The notes beneath the pieces were generated by a model, which did no database searches, was not told the origin of the DNA, and worked only from the letters and a program-made list of their open reading frames with translations. From positions 186,001 to 250,000 of the forward strand of contig NW_026782140.1 of NCBI RefSeq assembly GCF_031769215.1: a stretch of DNA of 64,000 nucleotides, read 5' to 3'. Positions 49,601 through 63,700 of the stretch are shown here, piece by piece (the stretch's first letter is position 1; every line of letters begins with the position of its first letter). The DNA is from Ylistrum balloti. Lineage: Eukaryota. Both the position numbers and the translations under genes were made by a program.

Positions 49601-50365
49601 CTCTCGCACCCCATTTTGGGACTGGGGCCCGGGGCCCCTTGAATTGGAAAAAATAATGGTGTTTTCCTTAGAAATGGGGAAAACTTGGGGTCTGAATTGG
49701 GAAAAAAAGATACTAATTTGCATTCAGCCCCAAATCTGGCAGATCGAGAGCCCAGTAGGATGAAGTCCGACAAAGTGTGTGAAAGAAATGACCTTGACTT
49801 ATATACAATGTCACAGGAGTCAATTTTGTTAAGGCATTCAAATGACTTATTCTCATGAACGAAAAGGCCAAGCGGCATGATATATATATACCAGGTGAGC
49901 ACTGCAGGCCCATTGGGCTTCTTGTTTGAACATTATCGCAAAAATATTGTCTTTAACTTGTAATGTTGAAAATTTAACACAATCTTCTGCCGAATTTCTA
50001 TTATCTTTATTGCATTCTTATCAAAATGTTTTACACACACCTTTAAAGCATGAATCGTTTGGTGTGTGTACTATTATATATAGCCACTGCAGTTGATTCA
50101 GGTCTGGTATATAGACATTATGTTGTAATTATGGATGTACACTTGTAAGTGCTGATAGATATTTCAGAGACAATATTGAGATTGTGAATATACTGCCATC
50201 ACAAAGTACTCATTACATCCACAGATTAAAGAGGAACCAGGGGAAAAGTGGAGTATACTGCGCGAGGACTTTATGATGGGGGCCAAAATGAAGGACTGGG
50301 ACAAACAAAGTAGTGATCAAGATTCCAACAATAGTGAACTGACAGATGATTCAGACGATGGATAG
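40601..50365 (+). CDS. RRP15: RRP15-like ribosome biogenesis protein, 280 aa
   Basis: Exons 40601-40697, 46815-47143, 47832-47917, 48717-48906, 50225-50365 (843 nt, in frame). Motifs AMAKIL, EKERALQRIAQRGVVQLFNAV, KGKFLDIL and WSILREDFMMGAKMKDWDK are diagnostic of Rrp15p. Confidence 0.93.
43971..45728. mobile_element. Non-autonomous Kolobok-like DNA transposon
   Basis: TTAA at 43967-43970 and 45729-45732; 13-bp imperfect TIRs GATGTACCCTGAG / AGTTTACCCTGAG with purine-purine start and CT end. THAP-like start at 44322 (+: MASYQGGKRC/YGCPNTNTDGVSMH) and KolX-like start at 45512 (-: acidic tract, GIQPYRFE...RLGNIDW). Removing it rejoins the LINE frame CNFVKLKMDVGIRSGRGHSK. Confidence 0.75.
44580..45122. 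mobile_element. Putative MITE (GG termini, about 8-bp TSD; MULE/Merlin-like) nested in the Kolobok-like element
   Basis: Flanks tcgtgaat (44572-44579) and tcgtgaaa (45123-45130). Ends GGGTCACGGGAATTTTC versus reverse complement GGTGTCAGGAATTTTC; subterminal GGAATTTT(C) motifs repeated inwards on both sides. Confidence 0.5.
49447..49926. mobile_element. Putative non-autonomous Helentron-like element
   Basis: Right end ccaggtgagc (49891-49900) + hairpin gcccattgggc + tcttgttt; degenerate counterpart ggccaagtgactttat near the left end after a T-run. This is the subTIR/3'-hairpin/T-target layout of Helentron-derived repeats. Confidence 0.5.
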
Positions 50366-51034
50366 TTCTGCCTGTGATGTGGGTTGGGGATGGGTGGGGA
50401 AAGGGGAACTTATTTTAATAAAATTGTTAACAATTTGTGCTGGTTTTTTAATTTTGTTTTTGTTTGTGTTTTGGATTGAAGGTAGAAGATTCTGTGAGCA
50501 CAACAAATTTTAAATGTATGAAGATTGGCCAAAAGGTGTAAATATTAAAAAGAAAAAAAATCTATGTTTGTATATATTGTACCATTTCATCAGCAAGCAG
50601 GACTTCGATGACTGCATTATTGCAGAACTATTATATAACAGTGATCATAAATATCCCCAGTATTCTTTATCAAGTGATTTTAACATCTTAGTTATATTTG
50701 AGTGACCTGTCTCACAATCCTGCCTAGTAATGATTCAAATGGTTTCATATGAATGGAGGTATAATTTTGCATCAACTTAGTATATGTCAGTATAACATTT
50801 AAACACATAGACTACAATAACATACATTTAGAACAGGACAAATCTATCAAATTCCTTGATTTTATTTAACATCTTGAAATATCTGGTAGTTTCAAATATT
50901 AAAGAAATAGTACATGCTTTAAACTTATGGCAGACTGGAAAATTCACTAAGAAACAAAGTATTAATATCTGGCTTTTAATGTTTGATATGAATAATAAAT
51001 TAATGTAGGATATGTACATATTATGTATTTAAAT

Positions 51035-51690
51035 CTAGATATGTTCATACTCAACTGTAGCTACAGTAGATAAAGGTAAACCTTTCTTTATCTAATGATA
51101 TGTTCATACTCAACTGTAGCTACAGAAGATAAAGGTAAACCTTTCTTTATCTAATGATATGTTCATACTCAACTGTAGCTACAGAAGATAAAGGTAAACC
51201 CTTCTTTATCTAATGATATGTTCATACTCAACTGTAGCTACAGAAGATAAAGGTAAACCTTTCTTTATCTAATGATATGTTCATACTCAACTGTAGCTAC
51301 AGAAGATAAAGGTAAACCTTTCTTTATCTAATGATATGTTCATACTCAACTGTAGCTACAGAAGATAAAGGTAAACCTTTCTTTATCTAATGATATGTTC
51401 ATACTCAACTGTAGCTACAGAAGATAAAGGTAAACCCTTCTTTATCTAATGATATGTTCATACTCAACTGTAGCTATAGAAGATAAAGGTAAACCTTTCT
51501 TTATCTAATGATATGTTCTTACTCAACTGTAGCTACAGTAGATAAAGGTAAACCTTTCTTTATCTAATGATATGTTCATACTCAACTGTAGCTACAGAAG
51601 ATAAAGGTAAACCCTTCTTTATCTAATGATATGTTCATACTCAACTGTAGCTACAATAGATAAAGGTAAACCTTACTTTATCTAATGATC
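51035..51690. repeat. Minisatellite, 59-bp unit with internal palindromes
   Basis: GATATGTTCATACTCAACTGTAGCTACAGAAGATAAAGGTAAACCTTTCTTTATCTAAT, about 11 copies. Confidence 0.96.
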
Positions 51691-51716
51691 TATCATGTTT
51701 CTAGTAGTGTGTATTA

Positions 51717-54700
51717 TTATTCATAAAATTCAAAGAAATCATCCTTTTCTTCTTGTGTTTTTCTGCCCATCGGTATCTCTGGTTCTGTGTCTGTGTCCAG
51801 GTCAGAACTGAACTGAATGCCTGCAATACAAAATTTGTAGCTTAAAGTTTCAATGTTAACAAGAGTGCTGTGGACACAATATCCGCTGCCACAAAATATA
51901 AAGATCGAGAAAAACCGTAAAATTGCCTCAGTAGCACATCTACCCATTGTAGAAGTGACATTTAGCAAATTTTGTGATAATCTGATCATTAGTTTAGGAG
52001 GAGTTACATTCACAAGGTTCCACTATGAGCAAGCTACAGATACAAAGTTGAAAATGGCATAAATCTTACAAAAATCAACGAACCAAAAAATCGCCCCTTC
52101 ATGCACATCTACCCATTGTATTAGTGACATTGAGCAAGTTTCATGAAAATCTGATGATTAGTTTAGGAGGAGATGCGTTCACAAGAAATGGACGGACGGA
52201 CGGACAGACGAAGATGACGCCAATATACGACAGCCTCCGGCGGCATATAAAAAGAGGTCAACTTGTCAAGATCAGTGATTGGAATTGGCAGAAGCTGACA
52301 AGACATATGATTACATACCAACTTTCCTGTGAGACTTTGATGACCCAGCTGTAGATCCCAAAGCTGACTTCACACTGTACAAAAACACAAGGAAGTACAA
52401 TGAATAGACTGTAGTTTTATTCTTATTCTCAGAACAGCAGCATCACGATCTGGGTTGTAATGTACGATGAATTGGTAAATATCTACTTTAATCCAATACC
52501 ACTTTAAACTATGTATAAACATCTTATCATAAAAAAGAAAATCAAGTGGATTTAATATAAAGCAGAGACAAAGGAATCTAAAAAAAGGATTTAGAGCAAT
52601 CTAATTGAAATCAGATCCCAGAGTAAACAATATATTAACATATTTGTAATTTTCTATCTATCAAATAATCATACACAAATTACAGATTCTTAAAAACCAT
52701 GCAACGATTTTAAGGAAGCAGAAAAAAATGACAGATTTTTATGGGTTTTTTTAATCATATATATCTCAGAATTCAAGACTTCAACATTTCTCTCAAAGCT
52801 TTGAAGAAAATATCACTGTGAATATTCAGAACCCAACAGTCGCCTGTCTGTAGTCAGTATTTCAGGAACAGGTGTCTTTTTCTAAACAAAATTACATCTG
52901 TAGTCTAAGTACGAGTCAACCAGACTTGGGTATAAGCTGGCTTTCTACACTTATTCGGCAGGACATTGGAGTAAGTGTGATGGCTGAAGGCCAAAGGTCC
53001 ATTTACCTCTGATATAAGATCAACATTTCTGAAATTCTTATTTTCTTTCACAAAATTTTGTCAGTAAAATATGGCAGGACAAGCAATTTGTTTACTGGTC
53101 TATTTAAAATCTATGTAAATCCAATGGTTTTATATATCATATGTCAAGCAATGATTGTAGTCACCTATTTAAGATTGATGTCTGTCATTACAATGTCAGA
53201 AGCTTGTCAACAGGGAAATGATGATATTGAATGCTTTACTACAGCATACATATTTGATATAAATATGATAACAATAGTTAACATGTAGTTGATAACCGTT
53301 GTAAGAACAATCACAGCACCACACATTTCAGACAGTAAATGACACATTGTACAAGTACTACACATTAAAAGTGATGTGATATGAATGGATCCTGAAGATG
53401 TATGATTTCATGACTGAGATGACACAGCATTATACAGTTTGTGCCCATTTACCTGCTGCCTTCAAAGATAGAACAGCCTAACAGAAAACATAATCAAAAC
53501 ATGTACAGCACTTTCATACCAGGTTATTACAATTTGTAGTGTCATAATACCATTACCTTATACATGCTACATTTCAACAAATAAGTTTTATTTAAGAGTT
53601 TGGCTGAAACGATGAATTAATTCATGAATAAGTAAGAAGTAGGAAGAGTATCCGAGAAGAAATCATTTGTTAAAAGGATATATTTAGAAATCATTTATTA
53701 ATACTTAATAAGATATCCTCATCTGTCACTTCTCATTATCATACACTTAATATTTGTCATTGACAAATTCCTCACTTATCCCATAAACCACATAATTATA
53801 TATTAAACTTTCTACTTCATTACCTCTGTTTCTGCATGGCAGTAGGAACATAAACCGGACTTGGCTGAGTAGGCGTACTGAGATCAGAAAGAGGCTCCGC
53901 CTGATTGTCAGGTTTGGAGTCAGTAGGATTAGCAAAACTTTTTGGAGGTGGAATAGTGCTGGAAAGTAAGACACACTGTGCAGTTTAGAATACAGTGATT
54001 CGACTGGCTATTCTAAACATGCTGACGACTTTGTGGTCAGACATAATACAAGAACACAACAGTCAATCAAGGTACATTTCTGGCTCAGCATGATTTTTAA
54101 TGTTGAGCAGAAAGAAAGTTGAATATCAGCATGTTATCAGAAGTAGCCACAGATGTCAGGTTAGTATTCTGCCAAGCAACTAACTGTAGAAATGAGACAA
54201 GTCTAAATGACAAGGTGTACATCCTAACTTATTCAACAATTTTGATCAAGTACAATATTATTCTCAGCAATTTGGCACCAATGATCACTTTTTTTATTAA
54301 TCCTCTTATAATTTTGATCATCCTAACCTTGTCACAATCTTTAATAATTGATAAAACAGAAAAAAAAACACTAAAGGTCAAGGACAATGATAACTTATCA
54401 TTTATCAGTCAAGGACAATGAGAACTTATCATTTATAGGTCGAGGACAATGAGAGCTTATCATTTATAGGTCGAGGACAATGAGAGCTTATCATTTATAG
54501 GTCGAGGACAATGAGAGCTTATCATTTATTGGTCGAGGACAATGAGAGCTTATCATTTATAGGTCGAGGACAATGAGAGCTTATCATTTATAGGTCAAGG
54601 ACAATGAGAGCTTATCATTTATAGGTCAAGGACAATGAGAGCTTATTATTTATAGGTCAAGGACAATGAGAGCTTATCATCTATAGGTCAAGGACAATGT

Positions 54701-57700
54701 GAGCCTATCATTTATAGGTCAAGGACAATGAGAGCTTATCATTTAAAGGTCAAGGACAATGAGAGCTTATCATTTATATATTAAGGACAATGAGAGATTA
54801 TCATTTATAGGCCCAGGACAATAAGAGCTTATCATCTGTAGATCAAGGACAATGAGAGCTTATCATTTATAGGTCAAGGACAATGAGAGCTTATCACCTT
54901 TAGATCCGTGATAATGTTAGTTTTTTACTTTTAGGTCAATGACAATGAGAGCTTATCATTTATAGGTCCAGGGCAATAAGAGCTTATCATCTGTAGGTCA
55001 AGGACAATGAGAGCTTATCATTTAAACAATGTGTGGATCTGAAGAGGATGTGAGCACTAAAGAACCATGATGTAATTACCTAATTCCAAAAGATAATTGA
55101 AAATTTCAGGAAAGTAGATTGCAGAGGTTAGTGTAGAAAGAGTTCATGGCACGCAAGAATGATTACAACAGTTGATGACACTTTAGATGTGCATTCAGGT
55201 AACATACTGGTCATGTGACTGGATACCTACCTTGGGGGGTCTCGAGGAGACAAGGCTGACGCAAACTGTTTTTCTACATCATCATCCGTATCCTCATCAT
55301 CAACATGAGCTGGTTGCCTATTTTGTGATGACATTGTTCCTGACAACATGTTTCGGTAGGCTGCTGTTTCTGTATACAACAACGTATATATATATATATC
55401 TCTCTGCTTTTATTTCTTAGGACTTTTGGTGATAATTCAATAAATTTTAAATAAATCCTCAAAAGTCTACCTCATTCTTTTCTCATCACTTGAAAACAAC
55501 TAAACACAAAAGTTGAACAAAGTCCTTTGCCAGTTAATACATTGTATGTGTGTTGATTCCAAAGATGATGTAAAAAGACAAGACTTCCAGGGTAGGTACA
55601 TTGTATCCTATCTAAATTAAGTTTTTAAAATCATATTATTTTGTCTCCTGTTTTGAGTGATTTTTAAAAAGAATGAAAATAAATTTAGGCATAAACAATT
55701 TCAAATGCTAAAATCAGAAGTCCTCCATTCTCAAACAAACAACATAGTGCAATTTTGTCAGTATAATAAGATCTGGCTTGTGATATAATCATACACTGAG
55801 TATGTTAATCACTACACAGTGAGACTATAGAAAAAACATAGACAAGACATGCTATCAAAACTCTAGTATTTTGGTATAACAATTTCAGCCAATTCTGATG
55901 CATTTCTTCAACAAGAGTTCATTAAAATCAAATATGTAAAGTGTTCATTCCTTATATATAACATGAATGTAAAAGCAATCAATGTGTGTGTTAATAAAAG
56001 TATTTTCTACAACTGTAATACTACACACTCTATTTCTCATAAGGAAACTGTATTAATAATTTGAATATTGAATATTTTCATCATTATTTTCAGACATCTG
56101 AATATCAAGATAGTACACAGATAACTAATGGTATAGATGAAATTATTATATTTACAAACAGGTTTAAGACAAATGGAAAACTACCTACACAGGTAACAAC
56201 AATTTGCTTTCATCGGTTATTTTTTTATGTCTATGATATCAGAGTTATAACAATGAAGTGAAAAAGAATATCAATCATAAATGATAGGAGAATATATAAA
56301 CAGGACTATGTAGACATGCCATCTATTGTAGGGCATGCAGGGCTACATCTCATTCAACTAAATCAGTTTACAAGACTTGTGATTCTTTAAAAACAAGGAG
56401 GTTTTTGACCTATTGCACAAAGTCCCTCAATAAATGTCATCACAAGAGTTATTTCCCCTTCGTAATTTATCTATCCTGAAAATCATTACTATTACAATTT
56501 ATGAAATGGATCATTGGTGATGATTCTATGGAGACCATTACTATCAGTAGTAAGATGTAAACATAAAATCCTTTCAATCTGATTAACAAGCAATGACCAA
56601 CGACATTAATATATCAAATTCTGTGTAGACCAACGACATTAATATATCAAATTCTGTGTAGACCAACGACATTAATATATCAAATTCTGAGTAGACCAAC
56701 GACATTAATATATCAAATTCTGAGTAGACCAACGACATTAATATATCAAATTCTGTGTAGACCAACGACATTAATATATCAAATTCTGTGTAGACCAACG
56801 ACATTAATATATCAAATTCTGTGTAGACCAACGACATTAATATATCAAATTCTGAGTAGACCAACGACATTAATATATCAAATTCTGTGTAGACCAACGA
56901 CATTAATATATCAAATTCTGTGTAGACCAACGACATTAATATATCAAATTCTGAGTAGACCAACGACATTAATATATCAAATTCTGTGTAGACCAACGAC
57001 ATTAATATATCAAATTCTGTGTAGACCAACGACATTAATGTATCAAATTCTGAGTAGACCAACGACATTAATGTATCAAATTCTGTGTAGACCAACGACA
57101 TTAATATATCAAATTCTGAGTAGACCAACGACATTAATATATCAAATTCTGTGTAGACCAACGACATTAATATATCAAATTCTGTGTAGACCAACGACAT
57201 TAATATATCAAATTCTGTGTAGACCAACGACATTAATATATCAAATTCTGAGTAGACCAACGACATTAATATATCAAATTCTGTGTAGACCAACGACATT
57301 AATATATCAAATTCTGTGTAGACCAACGACATTAATATATCAAATTCTGAGTAGACCAACGACATTAATGTATCAAATTCTGTATAGACCAACGACATTA
57401 ATGTATCAAATTCTGTGTAGACCAACGACATTAATGTATCAAATTCTGAGTAGACCAACGACATTAATGTATCAAATTCTGTGTAGACCAACGACATTAA
57501 TGTATCAAATTCTGTGTAGACCAACGACATTAATGTATCAAATTCTGTGTAGACCAACGACATTAATGTATCAAATTCTGTGTAGACCAACGACATTAAT
57601 GTATCAAATTCTGTGTAGACCAACGACATTAATGTATCAAATTCTGTGTAGACCAACGACATTAATATATCAAATTCTGTGTAGACCAACGACATTAATG

Positions 57701-60700
57701 TATCAAATTCTGAGTAGACCAACGACATTAATGTATCAAATTCTGTGTAGACCAACGACATTAATGTATCAAATTCTGTGTAGACCAACGACATTAATGT
57801 ATCAAATTCTGTGTAGACCAACTACATTAATATATCAAATTCTGTGTAGACCAACTACATTAATATATCAAATTCTGTGTAGACCAACGACATTAATATA
57901 TCAAATTCTGAGTAGACCAACGACATTAATATATCAAATTCTGTGTAGACCAACAACATTAATATATCAAATTCTGTGTAGACCAACTACATTAATATAT
58001 CAAATTCTGTGTAGACCAACGACATTAATATATCAAATTCTGTGTAGACCAACGACATTAATATATCAAATTCTGTGTAGACCAACGACATTAATATATC
58101 AAATTCTGTGTAGACCAACGACATTAATATATCAAATTCTGTGTAGACCAACGACATTAATATATCAAATTCTGTGTAGACCAACTACATTAATATATCA
58201 AATTCTGTGTAGACCAACGACATTAATGTATCAAATTCTGTGTAGACCAACGACATTAATGTATCAAATTTTGTGTATACCAACAACATTAATATATCAA
58301 ATTTTGTGTAGACCAACAACATTAATATATCAAATTCTGTGTAGACCAACGACATTAATATATCAAATTTTGTGTAGACATATAGTACATTATGAGTATG
58401 ATTCTAGAAACTATATCATCATTTGTTGATGTTATAAGAAGGAAGTGCTTCTCGGATAATATATCCAATATATGGTGATAATATATTCACTATATGGTGA
58501 TAATATATCCAATATATGGTGATAATATATCCAATATATGGTGATAATATATTCACTATATGGTGATAATATATTCAGTATATAGTGATAATATATTCAC
58601 TATATGGTGATAATATATCCACTATATGGTGATAATATATCCAATATATGGTGATAATATATCCAATATATGGTGATAATATATTCACTTTATGGTGATA
58701 ATATATTCAGTATATGGTGATAATATATTCAGTATATGGTGATAATATATTCAGTATATGGTGATAATATATTCAGTATATGGTGATAATATATTCAGTA
58801 TATGGTGATAATATATTCAGTATATGGTGATAATATATTCAGTATATGGTGATAATATATCCAATATATGGTGATAATATATTCAGTATATGGTGATAAT
58901 ATATTCAGTATATGGTGATAATATATTCAATATATGGTGATAATATATTCACTATATGGTGATAATATATCCAATATATGGTGATAATATATCCAATATA
59001 TGGTGATAATATATCCAATATATGGTGATAATATATTCACTATATGGTGATAATATATCCAATATATGGTGATAATATATTCAGTATATAGTGATAATAT
59101 ATTCAGTATATGGTGATAATATATTCACTATATGGTGATAATATATTCACTATATGGTGATAATATATCCAATATATGGTGATAATATATCCAATATATG
59201 GTGATAATATATCCAATATATGGTGATAATATATTCACTTTATGGTGATAATATATCCAATATATGGTGATAATATATTCACTATATGGTGATAATATAT
59301 TCACTATATGGTGATAATATATTCACTATATGGTGATAATATATTCACTATATGGTGATAATATATCCAATATATGGTGATAATATATTCAGTATATGGT
59401 GATAACATATCCAATATATGGTGATAATATATCCAATATATGGTGATAATATATCCAATATATGGTGATAATATATTCAGTATATGGTGATAATATATTC
59501 ACTATATAGTGATAATATATTCAGTATATGGTGATAATATATTCAGTATATGGTGATAATATATTCAGTATATGGTGATAATATATTCAGTATATGGTTT
59601 GACTAAAATCACCAGCGCATTTTAATCAGGCAGTAGACATGTTTTAACAAATGCAGAATCATGTACTGATGGGAAAAGTTAGCCAGACATGACATGAAAC
59701 ATCCAACTTGTTTCAAAAATAGGTTAAGAATACCTGTCACTAAAGGTACATTAGGATATCACATACACAAGGGATTATCCTGTTTCAGTAAAGGTACATT
59801 AGGGGGATCACATACACAAGGGATTATCCTGTTTCAGTAAAGGTACATTAGGGGGACACCTACACAAGGGATTATTCTATATCAAATATCAGTACCTAAA
59901 ACACAAAATACAAACCAGGATACAATCAGTGTTAATCTGCCTCTTTATCTAGACAATCCTTTCAGTAAATAATGCAGTATATGTTAGGAAATATCTGAGA
60001 TATTTGTTTTTCCATGCACACATAACTAAATGACATACCATTCAGGGGCACCTTAGGGGCATCTGTGGGGACGCTCGGGGTGAACATGGTGGTGGACTCA
60101 TCATCGCTACCAAATTGTTTATCCACTAAACTGCCAAACTTGAGTGGTGGGACTGTGTGTTTAGATAGCAAAATGAAGGTGAATAACACAAAAAAAGAAC
60201 TGAAAATAAAACGGACAAAAATACACATGATTGGTGTTAGAATGTAACCTGTCTAAATAGATACATGTATTATCTGAAAACTGGCAAATTCATCACCTGT
60301 GTCTTGTAATCACCTTTGTAGGTATGAACTTTGACCCATATGCAGTTCTATTTTGACAGATCACACTTCATGATAAAATAAGGTTGAGGAAGTAGGAACA
60401 CTATAAAAAATTGTAATATCTTCCTAAATGTACTAATTGAAACAAAAAAGTTTTAAAATATATTGTTTGATATATGTTATAGAAAGCATGCATAGAGAAA
60501 TAAAAAAAAGTATACAAATCTATTTTACAGAAGTATATATATATATATACAACTATCAGAAACAGACGTCTTTGTGAAACAGTATATAGATGGTAGACAT
60601 GCATTTCTATTGTTTTTAATCAAAAAAAGAAATAAGAACACTTTGGTTTCAATGGTTCAAATAAGAATGAGAATCATCAATTAACATTGAAACAGTACTG

Positions 60701-63700
60701 CAGAAATAAGTAAAACATTTGACAAAAACTTAGTGTCATGACAGGACAGTAATGAGATCTAACACCGAAAATGTGTGGTTCTCACCTGCATGACGATGTA
60801 AACATTAAAACAAACATCATAGTAAAATTCATTTAAAACATGGTCTCTTTATCATATAGTCTCACATGTTTTGTTGTTTATTTCTATACCCTTATTTACA
60901 AAATTTAACCTTGTCAACAGCTGAAGTTAATTTGTACATTAGTAATACATGTATGTATAGAAGATTGTAGCTATACTCTAGGCAGTTCTACATTTACTAG
61001 TCTAGCGATTGATAGATAACAACAGATCTTATTAAGTTCTTTCCCAACCAATATGTAAGCTGATAGCATAGATAATAATAAGAACCTTTAATTTCTTATG
61101 CCTTGTAAACATGTTGTTACCAGTAATGGCTGTATATATTGTGGTCTGGCCTTAGAAAGAAAACAGCTAGACAGAAAGATACCCTGTATAAGTCTGGTTA
61201 AAACAGGTATGAACTTGATTGTCTAAACAAATTACTGATAACAATAACAGGCTTTCCACAGTAACATGTACAGATACAAGATTCTCAACACTCCAACAAG
61301 TGTCATCAACATTCTGGACAGTGTCATCATATAGAAATGTCTGAAATGGAACTTTGTTAGTTTATCAACAACCAAAATGAAATTCCACAAAATGAACAGC
61401 TTGCTACAGTGCTTAAATCCAAAATGGTGATAGTTGGTTCATCTGAAGACTTCTTAAACAGAATTAAAAACTTTCCATTCATCAAATCATTAACAGGTCT
61501 GGGGTGGACTAACTGACCAAATCATTTACAGGTCTGGGGTGGACTAACTGACCAAGTCATTAACAGGTCTGGGGTGGACTTACTGACCAAATCTCTAAAA
61601 GGTCTGGGGTGAACTAACTGACCAAATCATTAACAGGTCTGGGGTGGACTAAATGATCAAATCTCTAACAGGTCTGGGGTGGACTTACTGACCAAATCTC
61701 TAACAGGTCTGGGGTGAACTAACTTAACAAATCTCTAACAGGTCTGGGGTGGATTAAATAACAAAATCATTAACAGGTCTAGGGTGGACTAACTGACCAA
61801 ATCTCTCACAGGTCTGAGGTGGACTAACTGACCAAATCATTAACAGGTCTGGGGTGGACTAAATGACCAAATCTCTAACAGATCTGGGGAGGACTAACTG
61901 ACCAAATCTCTAACAGGTCTGGGTTGGACTAACTGACCAAATCTCTAACAGGTCTGGGGTGGATTAAATGACCAAATCATTAACAGGTCTGGGGTGGACT
62001 AACTGACCAAATCTCTCACAGGTCTGGGGTGGATTAAATGACCAAATCATTAACAGGTCTGGGGAGGACTAACTGACCAAGTCACTAACAGGTCTGGGGT
62101 GGATTAGCAGATTTTTGTTAAACTTTGGTTGACTGACTTATCAGTAATGTACAGCAGATGACAGGAAAACAAATTGTGGTGCCCAGTGCAATGGATTTCT
62201 GTGGATGTTTCAGGAACAGGTTACCAGCTTTGGTGCCTATGATGGCAATGATGACAGTGTTAAAACAGGATCAGTCTGTAGAAGCTTGACATGTCATAAA
62301 CATGATATTAATCTCACAGTATTATTACTCCAAACTTTACGAGATTGTGTCCGCTTATCTGGCTGATGAGATATACATATAACTGGACAAGACAGCAGCT
62401 GGACAGCTAAGCGTGCTACAAGACATACAAACCAGACACATTGGTCTGAACATGTTACCTTGGACTTTGCCCTCAGGACCAATTATAACTGAAACACAAT
62501 TCACAATAGCTGGATACGAATGTAAAGCAAGAAATTTTCATTTTAAACAAAGAATACAACCTCTGTATAATCAGGTGTCACTAAAACGAAATGTCATTAG
62601 AAACTCACACGTCAGTAGGTACTTACATTGTAACAATCAGTGATAATCAGACAAAAATTCCAGTGTAACATGACTGTAATTACAATCTTCTCATCTCTAC
62701 CTAGCCTCTAAATCTCACTTCCCCACAACCTTCTCATCTCTACCTAGCCTCTAAATCTCACTTCCCCACAACCTTCTAATCTCTACCTAGCCTCTAAATC
62801 TCACTACCCCACAACCTTCTCATCTCTACCTAGCCTCTAAATCTCACTACCCCACAACCTTCTCATCTCTACCTAGCCTCTAAATCTCACTACCCCACAA
62901 CCTTCTCATCTCTACCTAGCCTCTAAATCTCACTACCCCACAACCTTCTCATCTCTACCTAGCCTCTAAATCTCACTACCCCACAACCTTCTCATCTCTA
63001 CCTAGCCTCTAAATCTCACTTCCCCACAACCTTCTAATCTCTACCTAGCCTCTAAATCTTACTACCCCACAACCTTCTCATCTCTACCTAGCCTCTAAAT
63101 CTCACTACCCCACAACCTTCTCATCTCTACCTAGCCTCTAAATCTCACTACCCCACAACCTTCTCATCTCTACCTAGCCTCTAAATCTCACTACCCCACA
63201 ACCTTCTCATCTCTACCTAGCCTCTAAATCTCACTACCCCACAACCTTCTCATCTCTACCTAGCCTCTAAATCTCACTACCCCCACAACCTTCTCATCTC
63301 TACCTAGCCTCTAAATCTCACTACCCCACAACATCTCTACCTAGCCTCTAAATCTCACTACCCCACAACATCTCTACCTAGCCTCTCCATTTCCTTGTCC
63401 CACAATATTCTCATTTTACTTGCTATTCTTTCACCTTATTAACCATTCTCTGTGACCCACACTGTCACCATTATTACCCCACCATTTTGCCTCTACCAAG
63501 ACTCACTATCATATCCCAACAATATTCTCACCTCTATTCACAAAAAACATTTATCCCACTACCCCTCTCACCTCCACCAAGACTGCTTCGCATGCTATCC
63601 ATGGTATCCCGAGGAGTCATTCCATCACCCTCTGCCTGCCTGTCCTCATCAAACTTCTCAAGGAGGCGGATCAAGAGATTGTATGCCTAGAGAACATAGA

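Noticed and set aside
53005-53035. Possible 22-nt microexon of the minus-strand gene (ttcag|AAATGTTGATCTTATATCAGAG|gtaaat)
   Set aside because: Would shift the frame, and the neighbouring exons join in phase without it.
56583-58429. 412-aa and 463-aa ORFs with 11-aa periodicity on both strands
   Set aside because: By-product of a 33-bp tandem repeat in an intron; open on both strands, no protein features.
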